This document shows positions 36,181-46,348 of a stretch of 64,000 nucleotides of DNA, in pieces (position 1 is the stretch's first letter; the number at the start of each line of letters is the position of its first letter). The translations under genes were made by a program, and so were the position numbers. The notes under the pieces are model-generated. The model was not told the DNA's origin. It saw nothing but the letters and a program-made list of their open reading frames with translations, and ran no database searches. Where the stretch lies: sequence record ON568341.1; one strand, given 5' to 3'.

Positions 36181-36680
36181 TTACTACAGAATATGATTAC
36201 AATAGTGTCCTTGAATTTGCAGAAAATATATATCGTATTGCAAAGGAGTTCAGAAGTCCTGAGCCGTTTGGTGGTATGTTCGAATACGATGAGTTTAGTT
36301 CATCAAAAGGAAGACTTGCATTTACTAATGGTAGAGGTAATCAAATCTACACAGAGTACTTTGATGACAATGACTTTCATCACAAAGCCGAATACATTTC
36401 ATATTGCCCTGGGTCTGATTTGAAGATTCATATTGAAAGAGATATAGAAAATGTATTTGTTCCATATACTGATTTAGTCTTCATGTCAGAGGAAATGTAC
36501 TTTCAGGAATCATTGATTCATGATACAAAAGTACTTAATACTATATTATTATATGGTACACTACTTAATCATTACAAATACAATCAAAGATTCTTTTTAG
36601 ATTTAGTAGTATACCATCAATGTGTGGATTATTTGAATGCAAAATCAGACAACAATTCAGTACATGACCGATGGTTCTGA
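36177..36680 (+). CDS. FQ-motif family protein
   Basis: SEEMYFQESLIHD. Confidence 0.8.
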   Translation: MITTEYDYNSVLEFAENIYRIAKEFRSPEPFGGMFEYDEFSSSKGRLAFTNGRGNQIYTEYFDDNDFHHKAEYISYCPGSDLKIHIERDIENVFVPYTDLVFMSEEMYFQESLIHDTKVLNTILLYGTLLNHYKYNQRFFLDLVVYHQCVDYLNAKSDNNSVHDRWF

Positions 36681-36999
36681 ATACTTTGTTTCAAGATATG
36701 TAATAAATCACAACCATTATGTAACCTATATTCCAGAGTACAATCAATTTTATATCCAGATTTATCAACATAATGGAAAGAGAAATGATATATATTCAGA
36801 AATAAAAATCCCTGATTATAGTTCTTTATCAGAAGAGGAATTGTTTCAGGAGAGCACTATCAGTACTGAAGATGTGTACGAAATAATGGAGTACCAGAAG
36901 GTACTTAAACATTTTCATGAAACAAATGATATACAAATAGATATTGTTAAACCGTGGTGTTACAATACATATGAGGTAAATTATGTTAGAAATGATTAA
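36637..36999 (+). CDS. FQ-motif family protein (short type)
   Basis: LSEEELFQESTIS. Confidence 0.8.
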   Translation: MQNQTTIQYMTDGSEYFVSRYVINHNHYVTYIPEYNQFYIQIYQHNGKRNDIYSEIKIPDYSSLSEEELFQESTISTEDVYEIMEYQKVLKHFHETNDIQIDIVKPWCYNTYEVNYVRND

Positions 37000-37396
37000 A
37001 ATTATGCAACGCTGTCTTATTGACAAATACGGGATATATGGATATCGTTTAAGTGCTCCTATTGACAAAAATAAAACAACCTATGTAAGCTATAATGCTG
37101 TACAAGGGTTTGATATATTCATTAGTACTAATTATCAAATCAAACAAGCTAAAGATGTGTCTATAATGACCCCTGATGAGTTATTTCAGTACAGCTTAGT
37201 TCTTCCTACATGTATCGATTTACAACGTCTAGGAGCGATACAGAAGGTTTTACGCGAACATAAAATACAACCCAATAAAGTTACACACATTCCAGAAACA
37301 ATCTTCAAAACAATAGAAGTAGAAACCCCTGATTATATGTTAAGTGATGATGAATTCTACGAGAAGCACTTCCCTGGTAAAGTTTGGAGAGACTAA
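36983..37396 (+). CDS. FQ-motif family protein (short type)
   Basis: TPDELFQYSLVLP. Confidence 0.8.
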   Translation: MLEMIKIMQRCLIDKYGIYGYRLSAPIDKNKTTYVSYNAVQGFDIFISTNYQIKQAKDVSIMTPDELFQYSLVLPTCIDLQRLGAIQKVLREHKIQPNKVTHIPETIFKTIEVETPDYMLSDDEFYEKHFPGKVWRD

Positions 37397-37878
37397 TGAA
37401 CCGAAAGTACAGAGAAACTATGAAGTTCGCTAAGGAGTGTTTAGAGACATTTGATTTCATTTTCGATAACAACGAATCACTAGGTCATTACTTCGTAATT
37501 ACAAAGGAAGAAGATAATAGATACAAGTGTCAAAGATTAGGATACAGTATTGAGTTATCCTTAATGAGTGATGGTTTGATAAACTCCGTCTATGAATCTG
37601 GTAAGACAGATTACATTTCATTTAGATCATGGAGTGATAATATAATGTTCTTGAGTCCTAATGGAAGTAAATATCCATTCATTAATGATTTATCAGAAGA
37701 AAGTTACTTTCAAAACAGTTTAATTTATACAGAAAAAGAACTCAAAATGTTATTCATAATGTCGTACTTTAAAAAGTACTGTAAATTTAAATCATTATCT
37801 TTTGAGATTTCTGCGATGAAAGTATTCATTAAAAATGTAAAAGAATTAAAGAGGGCTTTTAATGTACATAGAAAATGA
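37396..37878 (+). CDS. FQ-motif family protein
   Basis: SEESYFQNSLIYT. Confidence 0.8.
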   Translation: MNRKYRETMKFAKECLETFDFIFDNNESLGHYFVITKEEDNRYKCQRLGYSIELSLMSDGLINSVYESGKTDYISFRSWSDNIMFLSPNGSKYPFINDLSEESYFQNSLIYTEKELKMLFIMSYFKKYCKFKSLSFEISAMKVFIKNVKELKRAFNVHRK

Positions 37879-38404
37879 GAATGTAAAATGCATCACTGAC
37901 ATTTGTATAAAATTAATGAAAATTTTCATTAACCCAAAATACAAGACTCGTTCTTTACGTCATAATATTGATGAGCATTGTACCATTAATATCCTAGGTA
38001 GTATTCTTGATGTAAAATATGATGGTAAACTGTTATTCGGTATAAGAGAAGAGAAAATGGATGATGCATTCTTTTCTTGTAAAGATAAATTTGAACCTTC
38101 TGATTATAAAGTAATTATTCGTGATGATAGCATCTATATTAGTAGTGATTATTCAAATTACTTCGATAAAATATACACTGAAAACGTTGATTACCATTAT
38201 GAAATGCTAGATTTACCAGTAACAGACATTGATATGGAGAGAATCAAATTTTCATTATCAGATAATGAGTACTTAGGTATACAAACATATTATTCACTAC
38301 AAGGAAAGATTCCACCTGCTATGTATATAAGGATTGAGATTGGTAATGTATTCAATGATAAGGTTATATCAATTGCTGATAAAATATTGAGGGTTGAATT
38401 ATGA
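37862..38404 (+). CDS. Hypothetical protein, possibly degenerate FQ-family
   Basis: Same size and position in the array; motif not clear. Confidence 0.65.
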   Translation: MYIENENVKCITDICIKLMKIFINPKYKTRSLRHNIDEHCTINILGSILDVKYDGKLLFGIREEKMDDAFFSCKDKFEPSDYKVIIRDDSIYISSDYSNYFDKIYTENVDYHYEMLDLPVTDIDMERIKFSLSDNEYLGIQTYYSLQGKIPPAMYIRIEIGNVFNDKVISIADKILRVEL

Positions 38405-38964
38405 ATGGCCATGATTACCAATTCCATAGACTAGAATTTAGACACTGTGTTGCATATGCAAAAACATTAATGTGCATCATTGACACTCTTTCATCCGAAC
38501 AATTTCGTAAGGATAATGATTTATTGCTGAAAAAAGGTCGTATAACATCATCCGATATCGGTATTGAACTATTTGTTGAAATCAGTGTTGATACCGGAGA
38601 CAGTACAAGGGCTGGTTGTATAGGTCATATTGGTACACATTGTTTCACATGGAATCCAAATACAAGTCAAGTTAGAATTGATTATAGAAATTCACGTTGG
38701 GTTGATCTTAGTACTGAATCAGATTTAGAATCAGTTATGTTCCAGCTAAGTTTAATTCACGATCCTAATGAACTTCTTTATATTATTACTTTCAGTTATC
38801 TGTTACAAAACTACGATAGTCCATCAGGGTTTTTCATAGAATCAGATATAGATGAAATTATGGAAGAGATTCCTAGTTTAAAGAATATTCTGGAAAAAAA
38901 AGATTTCTATAATGACTTCAGAGATTTATACGACATGCACTTGGAGTTATTTAAGAATGGATAA
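38401..38964 (+). CDS. FQ-motif family protein
   Basis: LESVMFQLSLIHD. Confidence 0.8.
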   Translation: MNGHDYQFHRLEFRHCVAYAKTLMCIIDTLSSEQFRKDNDLLLKKGRITSSDIGIELFVEISVDTGDSTRAGCIGHIGTHCFTWNPNTSQVRIDYRNSRWVDLSTESDLESVMFQLSLIHDPNELLYIITFSYLLQNYDSPSGFFIESDIDEIMEEIPSLKNILEKKDFYNDFRDLYDMHLELFKNG

Positions 38965-39475
38965 AGATGATATTCTAATTAGACTAGTTCAAAGTTTGAT
39001 AAAGTTCGCAAATAATGATATCAATACATACAAAGTAGGTGATATTGAATTCAAATCATTTGGTATGTACGGTGATGACGAAACATATTATGCTTCAATG
39101 AAATTTCAAGAATTTCACGAGATGTTAATATCGTTATCATACGAAGATGTTGACCCAAGATGGAGTTCCAGTATTTCACTATCGAGAATGGTAATTCGTA
39201 GTAAGCATCGTTACATTTCGTCAAAGAATACTCCTAACTTGATTAATATTGTGTTGAATGAAAATACAAACCCCCTATCTAAATATGATATCGTACCTTT
39301 AACCGATGAAGCAATTTTTCAATTGAGTACCATTTGTGATGAAGATGTGATATCATGTATGAAAATTTATGAGAAAGTTGGGGGTGATATTCCCATGAAC
39401 TATTACCTAACTATAGATGAAACGTATCTCCAAGATGATGTTCTGGCGTACATTGACAGTGTTTTACCAAAATAA
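38957..39475 (+). CDS. FQ-motif family protein
   Basis: TDEAIFQLSTICD. Confidence 0.8.
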   Translation: MDKDDILIRLVQSLIKFANNDINTYKVGDIEFKSFGMYGDDETYYASMKFQEFHEMLISLSYEDVDPRWSSSISLSRMVIRSKHRYISSKNTPNLINIVLNENTNPLSKYDIVPLTDEAIFQLSTICDEDVISCMKIYEKVGGDIPMNYYLTIDETYLQDDVLAYIDSVLPK

Positions 39476-39536
39476 AGACCCGTTATGGGTCTTTTTGTGT
39501 TTATGGCTTTACAAGAGCATTCAGGTGTGTTATACT
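39474..39536 (+). terminator. Terminator followed by a promoter
   Basis: AAAGACCC...GGGTCTTT, then TTTACA-17-TATACT. Confidence 0.7.
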
Positions 39537-39563
39537 TGATTTCAAATAGAGTTGGAGGAATCT

Positions 39564-40130
39564 ATGAGTACTGAATTAATTAAAGAAGTTACCTTACTTC
39601 TGAAGCATTGTTTTAAGTTCATTCCTGATACTGGTTCACGCCAGTACATTAAAGTTAATGAGAAATATAACATCAATATCCTTGTATCTGAAACTGCGAG
39701 CAGCTATGCTAACATTGAGTTGGATTCTGAAGAAAAATATACAGTATTACAAATCATAGCAGATGTACAACGTAAACAAGATTATCGTTCTTCATTTGAC
39801 AACGATTATCTGTGTGTTTGCTCAAACTTCAGTGAGAATAAAATTGTGTATAAGAATTTATACACACATGAAGTGATTGATACATATAATTATAAAATTT
39901 CATCTGATGAATACAATGTGCTAATGTTCAACGCAAACCTTTTGTATGATGCCAGTACTGTACGCTGTTTAGAGTTAGCATATAAAATTCCAAAGATCAT
40001 GGAAAGAAAAGATTTGATTCACTTTAAAACTATTTTAAAATACAGTACAAAAGAATTAGAAGATTTAGTACAGGCTCTTAAGAATTTCATTAATGAACAT
40101 GTACCTGTTAAATTCGAGGATGCACAATGA
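39564..40130 (+). CDS. Hypothetical protein, degenerate FQ-family
   Basis: DEYNVLMFNANLLYD. Confidence 0.65.
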   Translation: MSTELIKEVTLLLKHCFKFIPDTGSRQYIKVNEKYNINILVSETASSYANIELDSEEKYTVLQIIADVQRKQDYRSSFDNDYLCVCSNFSENKIVYKNLYTHEVIDTYNYKISSDEYNVLMFNANLLYDASTVRCLELAYKIPKIMERKDLIHFKTILKYSTKELEDLVQALKNFINEHVPVKFEDAQ

Positions 40131-40711
40131 ACCATATCAGAACTAAAATTTTGAGACTCATGCATGACATTTCAGAACTTTCAGAGATTCATGACATTAC
40201 AGAAATTGTTGAATTTGATGATTATCGACTGAAAATTGAAAACAAATCCAAACATCGTTTTGGTTCAGTTCAGTTGGATGTATATAAAACTTATGAATTT
40301 TCTAAAAAAATTAAAAGTTCATGGGATACGATTACTATGTACATTCGCACATCCAGAAATCGTGAACGTATTGGTTCTATTTCTTCTAATATGATATTTG
40401 CGAATGCATTACATGAAAAAATGAATAAAATTGTAGAATCTGATTTCAGTAAAGATGATGGTTTTATTGGTTTGGATGTTCCACCAGAATTAGATCAAAG
40501 TGAAGATATTCGAGATGCATTCATTTTCCAGAAATCATTGTTGGACAATTACAAAGAATTCGAGTACTTAATGCTTTGTTACGATACTGCAAAAATTCTT
40601 GATTGTGGTGAACTAGTTATGTACAATGATTTTATCAATTGCAAGACTGATGTTCTGAATACACTACTTCAAAATATAGAATCTGTTAAGGAAAAATATG
40701 AACGCTTATAG
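40127..40711 (+). CDS. FQ-motif family protein
   Basis: RDAFIFQKSLLDN. Confidence 0.75.
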   Translation: MNHIRTKILRLMHDISELSEIHDITEIVEFDDYRLKIENKSKHRFGSVQLDVYKTYEFSKKIKSSWDTITMYIRTSRNRERIGSISSNMIFANALHEKMNKIVESDFSKDDGFIGLDVPPELDQSEDIRDAFIFQKSLLDNYKEFEYLMLCYDTAKILDCGELVMYNDFINCKTDVLNTLLQNIESVKEKYERL

Positions 40712-41276
40712 TTATATGACAGAACGTCATCAGATATTATATGATATCAGTGCTAAAATGTTATCAATTGTTAGTAGTACAAAAGAAATTGAAAAACAAT
40801 ACCTCATCCGTGATGTAGCAATTTCATCTAAATGTTGGTCCAATGAATATTACGATCACGGTATTCTTACTATTTCTGGGGCTAGAAATATTTGTATTGT
40901 AAAAAATAAGAAAAAATGCAATGAAGAGTGTGAAATTAGTTCTGATATCCAAATAAAGGATGATGGAAGCTTTTCTCATCATCCATTCCATATTAGTACT
41001 ATTGGTGTTTTATATAATATTAAAGTACTATTCGGTGATGAAGAGTATGTGTTAAAAGCTATCAATCCAGAATCAAGTACAGTTGAAGAAGAACTGTTCC
41101 AGATGAGCACGGTTATACCTGAAGAGGTTCTTAGTACTGTTATTTTTTGTAGTTTAATTTATCATGAATACAAAAAGAACCAGTTCGATTTCCACATGTT
41201 AGGAACGTACATCTTCAATAATTTGAGCGTAGATCGTTTAAAAGCATTAAATTCAGCGATGGATAAGGTTCTATAA
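40698..41276 (+). CDS. FQ-motif family protein
   Basis: VEEELFQMSTVIP. Confidence 0.8.
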   Translation: MNAYSYMTERHQILYDISAKMLSIVSSTKEIEKQYLIRDVAISSKCWSNEYYDHGILTISGARNICIVKNKKKCNEECEISSDIQIKDDGSFSHHPFHISTIGVLYNIKVLFGDEEYVLKAINPESSTVEEELFQMSTVIPEEVLSTVIFCSLIYHEYKKNQFDFHMLGTYIFNNLSVDRLKALNSAMDKVL

Positions 41277-41704
41277 TGACAAGAGATGATTGTTTGTACA
41301 TATGGGATGTAGTTGAAAATACACTTTCAAATCCAGAAAATTATAAAACACAAAAAAGACAGCGACACAAAACATGGATAGATTTGTTCGTTGAGGACAT
41401 ACATGCAGTGACTATTTGGGATTCACCGAGGGCATCAGCATCTACTCTATTGGACAATGAATGCATTGATTGCATTAATTCCACTTTTCATCTACACGGT
41501 TCTACAATTTTTGGTACATTTCTGGATATTGAAAATAAAGATGATATTGATTCACTTGCGTTACAATATCAAGTACTGTATAATACTAAATTAATTTACG
41601 ATTTAGTACTAGCTTCTTATGTGTATAAATTAATGATGAAATATAATCACATTTCTGTATCAGTTTATACCAAGGATATTCTTTCATTAAGAGACAAAAC
41701 ATGA
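41276..41704 (+). CDS. Hypothetical protein, degenerate FQ-family
   Basis: DSLALQYQVLYN. Confidence 0.65.
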   Translation: MTRDDCLYIWDVVENTLSNPENYKTQKRQRHKTWIDLFVEDIHAVTIWDSPRASASTLLDNECIDCINSTFHLHGSTIFGTFLDIENKDDIDSLALQYQVLYNTKLIYDLVLASYVYKLMMKYNHISVSVYTKDILSLRDKT

Positions 41705-42210
41705 GTTTATTAAATGCACGAGAATTAGTTGAGATGTATGAGATCTTATCTTCATATAAAAATTCCCCAAAAGATGTAATTCTCAACAAAAAGTTCCATG
41801 TCAATGTTGATCATATGAAAAATATAGATATGATTTCTTTAGTGGAAAGTAGTAAATCGGGTCTTGAGCGTGATATCATGCGTTTGATTTATATTACCAA
41901 ACCATCATATACTAATGATAGTTCAATTAGTAATGAGACGTTTTTGTACACTCCTTATACTGATTGTACTTTAGTTTCAGTGTCTAATCAGAAACAAGAT
42001 ACTATCCAATTCATCAATACCAGTACTGATAACATTGAAGAAAATGAATTCCAAAACAATACATTAAGTTCATGTAGTAGTGTTATAACCTTTATGTCAT
42101 ATCTGTGGTCAATAAAATCAAATGCAATTGTATATAGTTCTAATTACACACAAGATAGTATTGTTGAATCATATAAAGCTCTGAAGGAATACTATGAAAA
42201 TAACAAATGA
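41701..42210 (+). CDS. FQ-motif family protein
   Basis: IEENEFQNNTLS. Confidence 0.75.
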   Translation: MSLLNARELVEMYEILSSYKNSPKDVILNKKFHVNVDHMKNIDMISLVESSKSGLERDIMRLIYITKPSYTNDSSISNETFLYTPYTDCTLVSVSNQKQDTIQFINTSTDNIEENEFQNNTLSSCSSVITFMSYLWSIKSNAIVYSSNYTQDSIVESYKALKEYYENNK

Positions 42211-42775
42211 TTTTTTTAAATGTTTAGTACACCCTATGCTGAGTGTTATGAAAAAATTACAGAATCTACCGGAAGACAACGATTACAAGTTTAATCGTTT
42301 TGATTCAGATGTATTTTGTATTGAAATTGAAATGAATAATAATCGTAATTTGCATTTAAAATTCAAAGAATCGTCAAGTCCGTATTACAACTTTGATATG
42401 AATTTTAAAATAGATACTGACATTGAAGAAAACGTAATATCAAATCATACTAGCAAAAATGGTTTTAAGCATAGAACTACTATGTACAATAATAAAAATA
42501 GTATTATATCTAAATGGTTTCACCAATTCACAAAAATTGGTGAAATTGAATATAGTGATTTTGGTGAAGAGCAATACTTTCAGTTGAGTACAATTCATGA
42601 ACTTCCACCATATGATTATGTTAAAACATGGTTTGATATTCATAATATAATTGATGATGCAATCAAACTTCCATTTGGGGTATCAATATCATATACTGCT
42701 CCTAAAACATTTGTTTTTACTGAAGATATGATTATGAAAAAGATATGGGCAATTATCCCACTTATGATGGATTAA
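42194..42775 (+). CDS. FQ-motif family protein
   Basis: GEEQYFQLSTIHE. Confidence 0.8.
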   Translation: MKITNDFFKCLVHPMLSVMKKLQNLPEDNDYKFNRFDSDVFCIEIEMNNNRNLHLKFKESSSPYYNFDMNFKIDTDIEENVISNHTSKNGFKHRTTMYNNKNSIISKWFHQFTKIGEIEYSDFGEEQYFQLSTIHELPPYDYVKTWFDIHNIIDDAIKLPFGVSISYTAPKTFVFTEDMIMKKIWAIIPLMMD

Positions 42776-42779
42776 ATTT

Positions 42780-42818
42780 ATACCAGGGGTTGACTCTGGT
42801 ATTTTTGTATGATACATT
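42780..42818 (+). terminator. Terminator hairpin with an embedded promoter -35
   Basis: ATACCAGGG-gttga-CTCTGGTAT plus T5; TTGACT-17-TACATT. Confidence 0.6.
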
Positions 42819-42836
42819 ATCCTAAAGGAGAATTTT

Positions 42837-43388
42837 ATGAACTACAATCATGATCTTTTTACATTATGTGCATCAAAATGTGTTGATGGTTGGGCAGATA
42901 AAATCAATACCATAATTCATCGATATCTCGTCTTTAGTTCCCGTGCACGAAGTGAGGGGGCTATGGATTTCAAATATACACTATCTATTGATGGTGTAAC
43001 TATCCATGCAGACGAAGAACGTCTGAGCATTAATTTGTATGATTCCTGTGTATTTGCTATTCACCAAAAGATGGGGACAGGATGGGGTTGTAATAACATT
43101 AACTCCAAAGCTATCTTTTGGGTTGGTCACCATCAGACAGTACTTGATCCTTCAATTAAATCTAATCTTTTATCCGATAATATGGTTTATGATTTATTGT
43201 ACTCCGAAGAACAACATTTTCAATTAAGTACATTGCATGATCTGGCACAGTACGAGGATTGTTACAAAACATTAGAACTATGCCATTCCCTTGAACTCAA
43301 AGATAAATTGATACAAGTTTACCCTTCATTCTTTCATGAAGAAGTACAATGCACACTAGAACATATTTTATATGGGTACGACAAATGA
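42837..43388 (+). CDS. FQ-motif family protein
   Basis: SEEQHFQLSTLHD. Confidence 0.8.
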   Translation: MNYNHDLFTLCASKCVDGWADKINTIIHRYLVFSSRARSEGAMDFKYTLSIDGVTIHADEERLSINLYDSCVFAIHQKMGTGWGCNNINSKAIFWVGHHQTVLDPSIKSNLLSDNMVYDLLYSEEQHFQLSTLHDLAQYEDCYKTLELCHSLELKDKLIQVYPSFFHEEVQCTLEHILYGYDK

Positions 43389-43987
43389 GAAAAAGTTATC
43401 AAGAAACTATTGACCTAATTAGAGAAGTTATTAAAGTGGCCCCTGGTGCGATAGCATTCAAGAAGTCCCTATATAAAAAGTATGGCTCCATGTCAAATAT
43501 GTGTTGTCAAAAGAAACGTAGTAAATTCACTACGCAGTACTGGCATGATTCTATTATCCTTAGTAATGAACATCAGCGTATTTTAACAATCGAATCAGTA
43601 GATAATCAATATGGTGAAGGAATGATTTGTGTACCTGATTATGATGAAATTAACTTCAACTGCGGTGATTTTGAAACAACATTATTACTTCACGAGGGTT
43701 ATCCAGAAGGTGATGTATTAGCTGAGTACAATCCAAAAACTAAAATTCTCAAAAGAGGAATCCAGTTCACTATTAATAACAAAGATGATGTTGAAGCAGC
43801 ACTAATGCAACTGAGTACAAGTGAACCTATTACTATTAGTGTAGAAGAGTTATGGGGAATTATTTCAGTCCTCAATGAATGCTACAAAGTAAAATCATTG
43901 CGTAATCACACCCTTATATTGCATACTAATATGGCAAATATAAAATGTAAGCACATTCAAGAAATGGCGGTTCCAGATGGACTTTAA
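43385..43987 (+). CDS. FQ-motif family protein (degenerate)
   Basis: VEAALMQLSTSEP. Confidence 0.7.
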   Translation: MRKSYQETIDLIREVIKVAPGAIAFKKSLYKKYGSMSNMCCQKKRSKFTTQYWHDSIILSNEHQRILTIESVDNQYGEGMICVPDYDEINFNCGDFETTLLLHEGYPEGDVLAEYNPKTKILKRGIQFTINNKDDVEAALMQLSTSEPITISVEELWGIISVLNECYKVKSLRNHTLILHTNMANIKCKHIQEMAVPDGL

Positions 43988-44561
43988 AGAAATTGAAAGT
44001 AAATTAAAGTACTTCAAAGATATCAAACTTCTTTGGGAAAAGTATAAAATTGATTACAAATTCAGTGATGATGAGACAATAAAATCCATTGATATTAATA
44101 TCAAAATCAAGTTCAAGAATAATAATTATGGTGAAGTAAGCTTAAATCATACTGGTGTATCACTCAGGGACTATGATGGTTCAACACTCGCATATTTCGA
44201 CTTCATTCCAGAACCAGGTGAAACACTACTTAGTGAGATAAATTCCTATGATATGGAAATATTCGGCGGGAATCCGTTACTGTTCCGACTGTCTGAAGAG
44301 TGGAGTGAAGAATACTACACTTACAAAGATGGTGTAGTACTTGACATTAATGGAGAAGTTGTGAATGACTTGGAAGAACGTTTGTTCCAAGAATTGTGTG
44401 TTTCAAATACTTCATATGCATACAATCATATCCTTGACATGTTTGATTTATATAGTAAAATAGATGCTGAAATGAATGCACATGGTATTCATTACCTTAC
44501 AATTAACGACTATGCTCAACTCGAAACCGCTGTGAAAGCATTGACTAAAGTACTGAAATAG
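43977..44561 (+). CDS. FQ-motif family protein
   Basis: LEERLFQELCVS. Confidence 0.75.
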   Translation: MDFKEIESKLKYFKDIKLLWEKYKIDYKFSDDETIKSIDINIKIKFKNNNYGEVSLNHTGVSLRDYDGSTLAYFDFIPEPGETLLSEINSYDMEIFGGNPLLFRLSEEWSEEYYTYKDGVVLDINGEVVNDLEERLFQELCVSNTSYAYNHILDMFDLYSKIDAEMNAHGIHYLTINDYAQLETAVKALTKVLK

Positions 44562-44570
44562 GAATGAAAT

Positions 44571-44984
44571 ATGAAACTGTATCATGCGAGTACTGTAAAA
44601 ATTGATAACTTTTATATCCCGTATGGTGGTCTTCATATGGGAGGTAAACACAGTGCTTTGGAAGCTGCATTACGCAAGCTGAGAAGCCCACTGAACGTAG
44701 TAGACGCATGTACAGTATACTTGCATACCTTAGAAGTTGATGTTGATAACGTGCTTCTGTGTGAAGATTTAGGCAGTGATGATGAGTGGCGTTCACTTAT
44801 TGAGAATTGCACTGCTCAAGGTTATGATGCTGTTCAGTACAAAAATGATTACGAGCCAGACAATGTTCCTAGCTTTATGATTTGGGATGCATCTAAAGTT
44901 CGCATCATTGAAGTTGATGCTATGCATATGGATGAAGCTGAAATGATTATCGAAGATTTTCTTGATGAATATGAAGGTGTATAA
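44571..44984 (+). CDS. Probable ADP-ribosyltransferase-fold protein (ART-PolyVal-like)
   Basis: N-terminal LYHAS, GLHMG and GYDAVQYKNDYE...SFMIWD pattern. Confidence 0.55.
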   Translation: MKLYHASTVKIDNFYIPYGGLHMGGKHSALEAALRKLRSPLNVVDACTVYLHTLEVDVDNVLLCEDLGSDDEWRSLIENCTAQGYDAVQYKNDYEPDNVPSFMIWDASKVRIIEVDAMHMDEAEMIIEDFLDEYEGV

Positions 44985-45520
44985 TGACTGACCCGATGGT
45001 AGCACTGGCACGTACTAAGTTACTATTAAAGATTGGTGAGATTTTTACGGTTCTTCTGTCCAATAATATTGATATTACTGAGCTAGATATTAAGCAACCG
45101 TGGGAAGTGACTATGTTCTCGGCGTTCCACCGATTGTCATATAAAGGTGAAAGTGTTCTTGATTTTAACCCTAAAGCAAAATTCATAGATTATGCTGCGT
45201 TGTACAGAGAGTTGCACCGAAATATTTATTCCGGTTGTATAACCAATAACTTCAAAGAAATTAAAGTTCAAACTGCATCACATGAGTTCAATGATTTACT
45301 CTATCCAGAATTTAATCTAACTGAAGAATTACTTTTTCAGTACTCGTTAATTCTCACAAATCTAGAATCACTCGAGTACTACACAAAGTTAGTAGATATT
45401 TTTATGAATACACGACTTTCAAAAGATATTGTGATATTCTGGTATACAGAGCATGTTACGGAGGAATTGCTTACTGAATTTCTTCTAAATATGACAGCTA
45501 TAAAGGAGAAGTTATGTTAG
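44984..45520 (+). CDS. FQ-motif family protein
   Basis: TEELLFQYSLILT. Confidence 0.8.
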   Translation: MTDPMVALARTKLLLKIGEIFTVLLSNNIDITELDIKQPWEVTMFSAFHRLSYKGESVLDFNPKAKFIDYAALYRELHRNIYSGCITNNFKEIKVQTASHEFNDLLYPEFNLTEELLFQYSLILTNLESLEYYTKLVDIFMNTRLSKDIVIFWYTEHVTEELLTEFLLNMTAIKEKLC

Positions 45521-45987
45521 ATATTTTAGGAAACATCGATACTGCAAATTATTTTATCCAAGACGCACTGTTTAATACACTACAAAAAGGTTTAGAAGTT
45601 CGTTACAACGTATATCAAGGTGATGGATATTTTGTTGATATTCTAGAAACACGTAAAAATACATTTAATGTTAACATTACGACGTTTGGAAGACAGAACA
45701 TTGCACGAATTTTAGTAAGTAAAGATGAAATAGTACTGAGATACAGTGCTAAGTTTATGTTGACGTACAAGAAAAAAACAGACATGTTCAGTACTAATTT
45801 ATTTGATGAACCATTTGACCTTGTAGATATTGAAGCTACTTTCTTTACTCAAAGTACTATGGTAAAATACACTGATGTTCAATTTTCATCAGACGTTATG
45901 TCTGAAACATTACAAATGATCAAGGTATTATTTTATGCATTTGAGCAATTCAGAGAAGAAAGAAACAAGGTTAACAACCACAGATGA
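45514..45987 (+). CDS. FQ-motif family protein (degenerate)
   Basis: IEATFFTQSTMV. Confidence 0.65.
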   Translation: MLDILGNIDTANYFIQDALFNTLQKGLEVRYNVYQGDGYFVDILETRKNTFNVNITTFGRQNIARILVSKDEIVLRYSAKFMLTYKKKTDMFSTNLFDEPFDLVDIEATFFTQSTMVKYTDVQFSSDVMSETLQMIKVLFYAFEQFREERNKVNNHR

Positions 45988-46348
45988 ACTAATAGAGGCG
46001 ATCACTAAGGAGTCAAAATACCACAAAGGGATTCGTCTATATTTTATAGATCTTGGTTCGATGGAAGGTACATACATTTATGGTTCACAATCATTGTCTT
46101 ATGATGCAATGCCAGATAAACATGTTAAAATCTTTCTAGGTTCAAGTAATAAAACTTTCTTGACAATTAATGATAACAGTGTTATTATGAATTCCCTGGG
46201 TCATGACAAAGTAGAAATTGACCTAAACACATTAGAAGAAATGGATTTTTTTCAATACGAGTGTTTAGGCGTTGACTTACATGGTATCAGTAGTGATATG
46301 ATAAAATCATTAATTAAATATTTCGAAGGTGTTTATAAATGTATCTAA
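45935..46348 (+). CDS. FQ-motif family protein
   Basis: EEMDFFQYECLG. Confidence 0.7.
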   Translation: MHLSNSEKKETRLTTTDELIEAITKESKYHKGIRLYFIDLGSMEGTYIYGSQSLSYDAMPDKHVKIFLGSSNKTFLTINDNSVIMNSLGHDKVEIDLNTLEEMDFFQYECLGVDLHGISSDMIKSLIKYFEGVYKCI

